DNA of 52,659 nt, counting the filler, from Trypethelium eluteriae (Eukaryota): assembly GCA_051942245.1 (NCBI GenBank). It is 2 parts of 2 records of this genome, joined end to end, with 100 filler letters (N's around TTAATTAATTAA, not from the genome) between each part and the next. Parts side by side here need not be neighbours in the genome. Positions count along the whole stretch, not along the records: positions 26,391 to 52,659 come from JAVECL010000357.1; 1 more part is not named here. One strand, given 5' to 3'. The position numbers and the translations under genes were made by a program. This document shows, piece by piece, positions 46,780 to 52,659 of this stretch (the stretch's first letter is position 1; each line of letters begins with the position of its first letter). The notes under the pieces were generated by a model, which ran no database searches, had not been told where the DNA came from, and saw only the letters and a list, made by a program, of their open reading frames with translations.

Positions 46780-49700
46780 CTAATCAGGACATACTTCATA
46801 ACCGTCGCGGGCAAGGAAACGCAGTTTTCCAACCACCATCTGCGCAAACGGGTCGACATAAGCACGAAGCCGGGGCTCTGATATCAAATTGTAGATGCGC
46901 AGGACTATATACACGTCCTTTGGGCTATCGTGCCACTTCCGCGCCTTCGGTTGAGAACTCAGGTCAGCATAGGTATATAGACGTTTTGACGTCGCAGGAG
47001 CGTAGTCACGCTATGTATCTAGCAAATAGCAGAACCGGTGACTCACCAGGTTGAGTTGATTGTTGCTCATCATGAACGGATCGTTGCACTCCCCCGTCGT
47101 GGTCTTCACCTCAAGATGGTACGTCATCTCTCGCCCACTCCACGCATCTGCCTCCATGAAGCCAGATAACATAAGCCAATCTGTGATGGCTCTAGTGACG
47201 CTGGATTCACTGATAGTGAAGTCCGAGTAGTCGCGCTCATGCTCGCTAAAAGTGGGAAGGCCGTATAGAGAGCGGGAACGACTGGTCCAGCAGTTATTTC
47301 CGATATTGAAACGGTTGACGAGGAATTTGTAGACCTGGTGAGATAGAGTCAGTAGATAATTGACAGTATGGTCAGGGGGTGTGGGAAGGAGAGACGAACG
47401 AAGAGTTCGCCTCCATATCCAATTTCCCGTTCGTAACCTCCTCCACCTGGCGATTGAGACGATGCGCGCGAGGCATTGCGACCGGGAGTCCTGAGAGCGG
47501 TTGATGGAGAAGGCCGTATCGGCGCAGAAGATGGGGACGGCGACGCATCCCTACTGGGTGTCTCGGATGGACTCGGCGAAAAAGAGCGGCTTGGGGTAAT
47601 AGATGGCAAGGCTTGTCGCAAATCACTGAAGCTGAATGGGCCATCTTCAACTTCACCTACGGTGAAAGTGAAGGATGATTGAATGGATGCGCTCTGAGAA
47701 TGACCTGTTCCTCGAGCATTTGGGGTTAGAGGTGGAGCTGAAACAGCAGCAAGCAGCGACGTGCTTTCGCGGGAGCTGGCTGTCGCTTCAGCTGCGCTGA
47801 CACCTACAATGTGTTCCGATCTGAACGTCTCAGCGGCGGCTTCGATTCTTGATGGATCAATCACGTAGTAGGTCGATGTACTGGTCGAGCCTGCTCGTGA
47901 TCGACCTGAGGGACCTCTTGGAATAGGTGAGGGAGACAAGAAAGTTTCACCCCTCGAGCTGGGGGCACGATGTCGCAGTTGATGCGTCTGGCTTGCCGGC
48001 GTCGATGGGCGAGGCGAAGAGTCGTAGTTGCTCACCGGGGTAGTTATACGCGATGGAGCTTCTGACGAAGTTGGCGTTGCTGGTATCCCCTCTTGCCGCA
48101 CTCCAGGGACTGGCTGTGGGGGCGCTTCATAGTCGAAATGGTCCTGGTCCACTCGCGCATCCGACTCCGATTCCGTCAAAACATTGTTACGTTCAAGCAT
48201 GTCTTCAATCAACTCTGGGTCGTCCATGGTGAGTATTCCCAAGACAAACTCACGCCGGTTCTGCGGAATCTCGAAGAATCTGGAAAGCTCCTCTTTGATG
48301 AGGTACCATGGGTACTTTCCGGAGTTAGTATCCTCGGCGTTCAGGTATACAGAGATATGATCTTCATCTGTCCGTACTCGCACTCGTCCGACATCGTCGG
48401 CGTAAATTTCTTGACCTGAAGACTTTCGCACAGTCCGACGAAGTACGAGATCTGCCGTTGAGAAAACTTCCGCTCCAGCTAGTTGCTCTTTCATGGTGGC
48501 ACGTCTGCGACGGATCACGAGTCTAGAGCACGATATGAGTCAACTACGTTCAGTAAAACTCTTATCGTGACTTACCGGGACATGAATTCGGCTTTAGACC
48601 TAATCATGTATTGAGCGGATGGTTCTAGCTGCAGTCTACCTCGAGTCAGAGTCATTTCGCTCACTTTCCCGCCTAGGTATTTTTGTTCAATATGTAGTCG
48701 TCTCCACAAAGGGACGAGTCGTTCAATATCAGCCACGCTGAAGTCCAAAATATCTAACTTTTCAAAGAAACAGGAACGTAGCCGTTCCCTATCGGCAATG
48801 AACCACTCTATGGAATTGTCATTGCATCTTCTTAAGGAGACGTCTCCATTGACAGACCGGATTGGGAGCACGGCTGCTCCACGCAGACTGTCAATGCGAT
48901 CATGATTTGATCCAGCTTTGAGGAATTTGTTCAATGTTTTCAATAAGTCTTTAATGATATGCACGCAGGAAGCTTGACCCGCGATGCTATGCAGCTCCGA
49001 AACCACATCTTCGATTTGCGCATCTCTAATTCGGAGAAATTGAGAGAACAGAAGAGTAAAGTCGGGATAATATCTGGAAAGGACGGGAATTCGCTGGAAG
49101 CTAGTCGGAGCATTCCAAACACAGCCGTTCGGGCTTACCCACCTAGGTTGGTCTGTAGGGATAAAAATGGCATCTTTCACCTCGGGGCTTGTGGACGTTA
49201 GACTTATCATTTCCTGGCCGAGTCTAGTGATACTCACCATGAACTGTTTGGATATTTCTCGATGAGTGTCTGAATTTTTGAGTATAATCGAATGATCTCC
49301 TCCTTCGTAGGTTTGATATATGGCTTGTGTTTGATGTTCTTCAATATGGTTGCATAAAATCGCAAATTAGCTCGAGTTCCAACACCAAATTCGCTGAGGC
49401 TTTCCCAGTGCTCATTCTCTTCAGTATCCACGAAGGGAAGTGTATTCATGGCAAATGTCACGCTGAGAAGCTGGGGTTTTGGTAGAAAACAGTCTTTTAA
49501 GCGATGTCGAGACCCATCCAGACATTCCACAAGGCTTTCACCTAGCTCCTTCCTAATATCGTCACTGAAATAAGGACGATAGTCATCCCATTGCCTTGTC
49601 AATAATTGGAGTATTCGTTGACTAGGAATTCTTTCTAGTAGACTTTTGAATTCAGGAGTAAGACGTCTGCCGAATGGTTGCGCGAGTCTAGGAATCGACC

Positions 49701-51836
49701 ATATTCCGAGGCTTCGAAGCCATGCTACCCAGGCGTCATTGAGCTCCGGAGACGCTTTATTAGCGTATGCTGTATCAAGTATATGAAATAGGCGTGGTCC
49801 ATCAGGAAGGTATTCCCGAAATTCCCAAGCGTGAAAAGGACCACCGTGGTCTAGGTACATGGCAGTCGCATAATAGAGATGGCCTGTCCCTTGCTCCGCG
49901 AACCGTAGCCGGGCTGGTCTATCAAGCCTACACGTTGCCGAAGCACGAAATAAATACCAAGCATGTGATACAACATGTTCTGTTTCCCATTCATGATCAT
50001 CCTTTTCGTGTCGATCTAGGACCAGTCGGCAGACTTCTGCTACATTGAGATCATTAGCCCCTAGCCATTTGTACATGGCTCTTCGAGCAGATTCAGCTGC
50101 AGCGTCCTGGGCAATCACCGAGATGTTTATTCCAGGAGGTACTTCTAAGCCTTCATCCAGCTCCGGAAAATAGAGATTACCGCAGCTGGCGCTGGTCCAG
50201 GTTCCACCTCGAAGGGGAATGATTTTGATACTTTTGGCATCATCCCAGGATACCTGATTCGTGATAGCCTTGGCGACCCTCGAATGCCAGGTCTGAGCCT
50301 GCTTGTAGATAGCATTGGCACTCGTTTGTAACTGCCGCCTTAAACCCGCAAAAAAGGTTCGTGGGACGAGTGATTGAACACCTAAATCCGCCACATCCTG
50401 AAAACTGTACTCACTGGCTAGGAAAGGTCTCAAGTTTCCATCTATAGCCAATAGCGGGGTTGGTGGCGAGCTTCCATTTGTATATTTCAAAGGAACATGA
50501 GTGAGATCATTCGGAACTTCAAAAGTTCCTGCCTGAGACTGCAATACTTTTTTCGATCGGAGAAGCTGAAGGATTCCTGGAATTAGTTTGTCGAGAGCAG
50601 TGCCCCGTGATGTGCCTTGAGACCGTGTGTAACGAGGCCATTCGTATTTTAACAAGCCCTCTCTGCCGTTGTTAAAGCGACGTACACTTTGTAAAAAGAG
50701 CTCGGCTGCTGCTTTGACCAGGGTTTCGTTCCATTCCTTGCCTTGATCGACGTCTTCTCGACTTGCGCTGAGAAGGAAGTCGCCATTCAAGAGGAACTGC
50801 GGAGACAGATTAGATGTGAGATGTTGAACAACGAGAGACCCTCTTACCGGTAAGCCGTAAGCACGGACAGGCAGAAAATTATACAGATCTTGATTTGCTA
50901 AATGTGGCAAGCCATTCTCTTGAACTGGAAATCCCATTTGAAGCTTGGATTGAGTGACATTTTTGCGTCGTTCCTCAGAAGGCATGGAGGTCGTCACCTT
51001 CTCCTCCATTATCAGCCGCATCTTCACTTCTTCAGCCTCCTCGACAAAATTTTCTTCCCTTAAAACCACATCAACGTGAGGTGCCACAGAATTCCACCGT
51101 TCTCGTTTGACAATGAAATTGGCGTACTCATTCTCATCCACGTCTTGAATGATCACCTGGATCTCACGAACGTTGCGGAGAAATAGAGGAAGATCCGGCT
51201 GGAGGTCAACGAGGTGGTTTTGGACAGCCTCTCTGTCCTTTTGCTTTGGAATTCTCAGGCAGAACATGGTCTGCTCTTCAAGCGCGTTATTCTCAGGGAA
51301 GTCTTCATCCCAGATCGGAGTAACCATTCCAAGTTTTCCATCTCGGTCGAACCTAAAGTAGAAGGGATGCGATGATATCCAAACCTTGTCGGCTACTTTG
51401 AAGACCGATTTGAAGCCAATGCCTTTTTCTCCAATTTTCTCCTTTTGCCCTTGTCGCACACTCTTGGTACTTAACTGAAGACGACATATTGCATTGACAT
51501 TCTCTTCTTTGAATCCAATCTCATTAGAGCCAACCCACAGAAAGCCGTCCTGGCGATAGACGAGGACGAGCTTGGGCGTCACGTCCTCTTCAAACTCAAG
51601 GTCATCTGCATTCTGGACAAGCTCAAAAAGAAAATGCGTTTGCGTAGAATAAAGCTGGTCGGATAGACTGTTGAGAGTGTTAGCCAGAGTCACTCTGAAC
51701 AAAAGGCCGTAAGAGCCCACATTTCCAAGCTTCTAGAAAGATCTCCAGCATTCCAGTCGTCTTCATCGTCGACATGTCTTGAGCGACGAATTCTCTGGAT
51801 GAGATCTTTAGCCCCGCGTGGATCTAGATTAGACAT
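46780..51836 (-). CDS. ~1560-aa sacsin/NO VEIN-type GHKL ATPase with C-terminal DUF3883 (NOV-C)-like PD-(D/E)XK nuclease; 7 exons
   Basis: N-terminal LYS..THFLFELVQNADD, NE.GF..ENV.AIC, IGEKGIGFKSVF and FLLNGDFLL.ASRE. C-terminal EIGYGGELFVY...WTS...YSDFT...YHLEVKTT...PF.MSNNQ...YIVLRIYNL. Introns 51668-51720, 50797-50847, 49188-49237, 48523-48575, 47335-47399 and 46945-47046 give 4683 nt in frame. Confidence 0.88.
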
Positions 51837-52659
51837 GCGATCAAAAGAACGAGAAACAGCAATAAAGTCGAATACACTATCTCACGCTTCGACATGCAGG
51901 CGAAGGAACCCATTGTTATTACCAGCAGTGAAAACGTTGATCTGCTATAACTGTGCCTCTTACGCGATACAGTGGAGTCAATGGGGGCGTTTGGGGGCCG
52001 GAAACAGGGATTCCACTTCCCCCCGGTGCTAATGCGACCTCTGATCATATCTGTATCTCTGTTTCTGGAGTAGCATCAGTTCAGCCGAGCGAAATAGCCG
52101 AGCGATATCCGAAACAGGGGCTTAGATTGTGGCTCAGCTTCACGAACTTGAAATCGTTCCTTGTGATCGACACGACGGCGAGTGCGAGCAAACCAATGGC
52201 ATCAGCTGTAATGTTCAACACCATGTGCCCACAAAGCTTTCTACACATGAGTTGGAAAATGGTGACTATCGCAGAGCGAAGGAAGTCGTACACTGCTCAT
52301 ACCGAGCTAAACGAAGTGCGAGTTTTGCTCCACCAGGTAGCTGTAAGAACAGTCGTGGCATAACCGTGTTTTGAGTTATACTTGAGCCAATCGCTGTTTA
52401 ACCATCTAAGAAAGCAATTGTATCACAGAGCAACAAGATCAAACAATGCCACCGGAAATATTCTCAATTTTTATACAGCCCAGCCCAGCCCTGCCAACCA
52501 ATTCAACGAATCCACTGAACACCTGTTGAGACGCAGCTACTCTCCTTCCCTCCCCATTGCACTGTCTTCCATTCTTCGAAAATCAACCCCAGCAAGAACG
52601 ACAGCCCAAATTCCCTGATCGCCCCTTCCCCCTCCTTCCCTCCTCCCTCTCCTCACCAC

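Noticed and set aside
26391..52659. Starship giant transposon
   Set aside because: No DUF3435 tyrosine-recombinase captain, DUF3723 or boundary repeats are visible. The region could still be cargo of an element extending beyond the contig, but nothing here shows it.
52560..52659. C/T-rich tract at the window end as a telomere
   Set aside because: No TTAGGG/CCCTAA repeats; it looks like a pyrimidine-rich promoter/5'UTR tract at a contig break.

Overview
Fungal (filamentous ascomycete-type, intron-containing) genomic DNA. It consists of two unrelated contigs of near-equal length (1-26290 and 26391-52659) joined by an artificial N-run with a TTAATTAATTAA linker. The left contig is largely ordinary: a sterol-MT-like methyltransferase, a 4-exon membrane protein, a DHCR24-like FAD oxidoreductase, a conserved two-repeat protein, PHO88/SND3, an arylsulfatase, a second methyltransferase, an MFS sugar transporter, RAD14, and some gene relics. 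The right contig starts with a Zn2Cys6 TF / ABCB exporter / SDR module, followed by the most striking locus. Once introns are resolved, the ORFs between 43132 and 38478 form ONE ~1490-aa gene with a degenerate tail running to 37069. It is a mosaic of domains resembling pieces of unrelated conserved nuclear proteins: two Zn2Cys6, two RRM, a KdmB-like ARID, a Byr4-like motif, a retropepsin-like region, several C2H2 sets and a Med15-like piece. It sits head-to-head (413 bp) with a HeLo-like/DUF7580 (MLKL-like architecture) gene, which is followed by a sacsin-type GHKL ATPase / PD-(D/E)XK nuclease gene. I propose this is a fungal 'integrated-decoy sensor + executor' immune pair. A 79-bp Tc1/mariner-type micro-MITE occurs six times in this contig, once in frame inside the mosaic gene. 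All family assignments come from motif recognition by eye, not from database searches.
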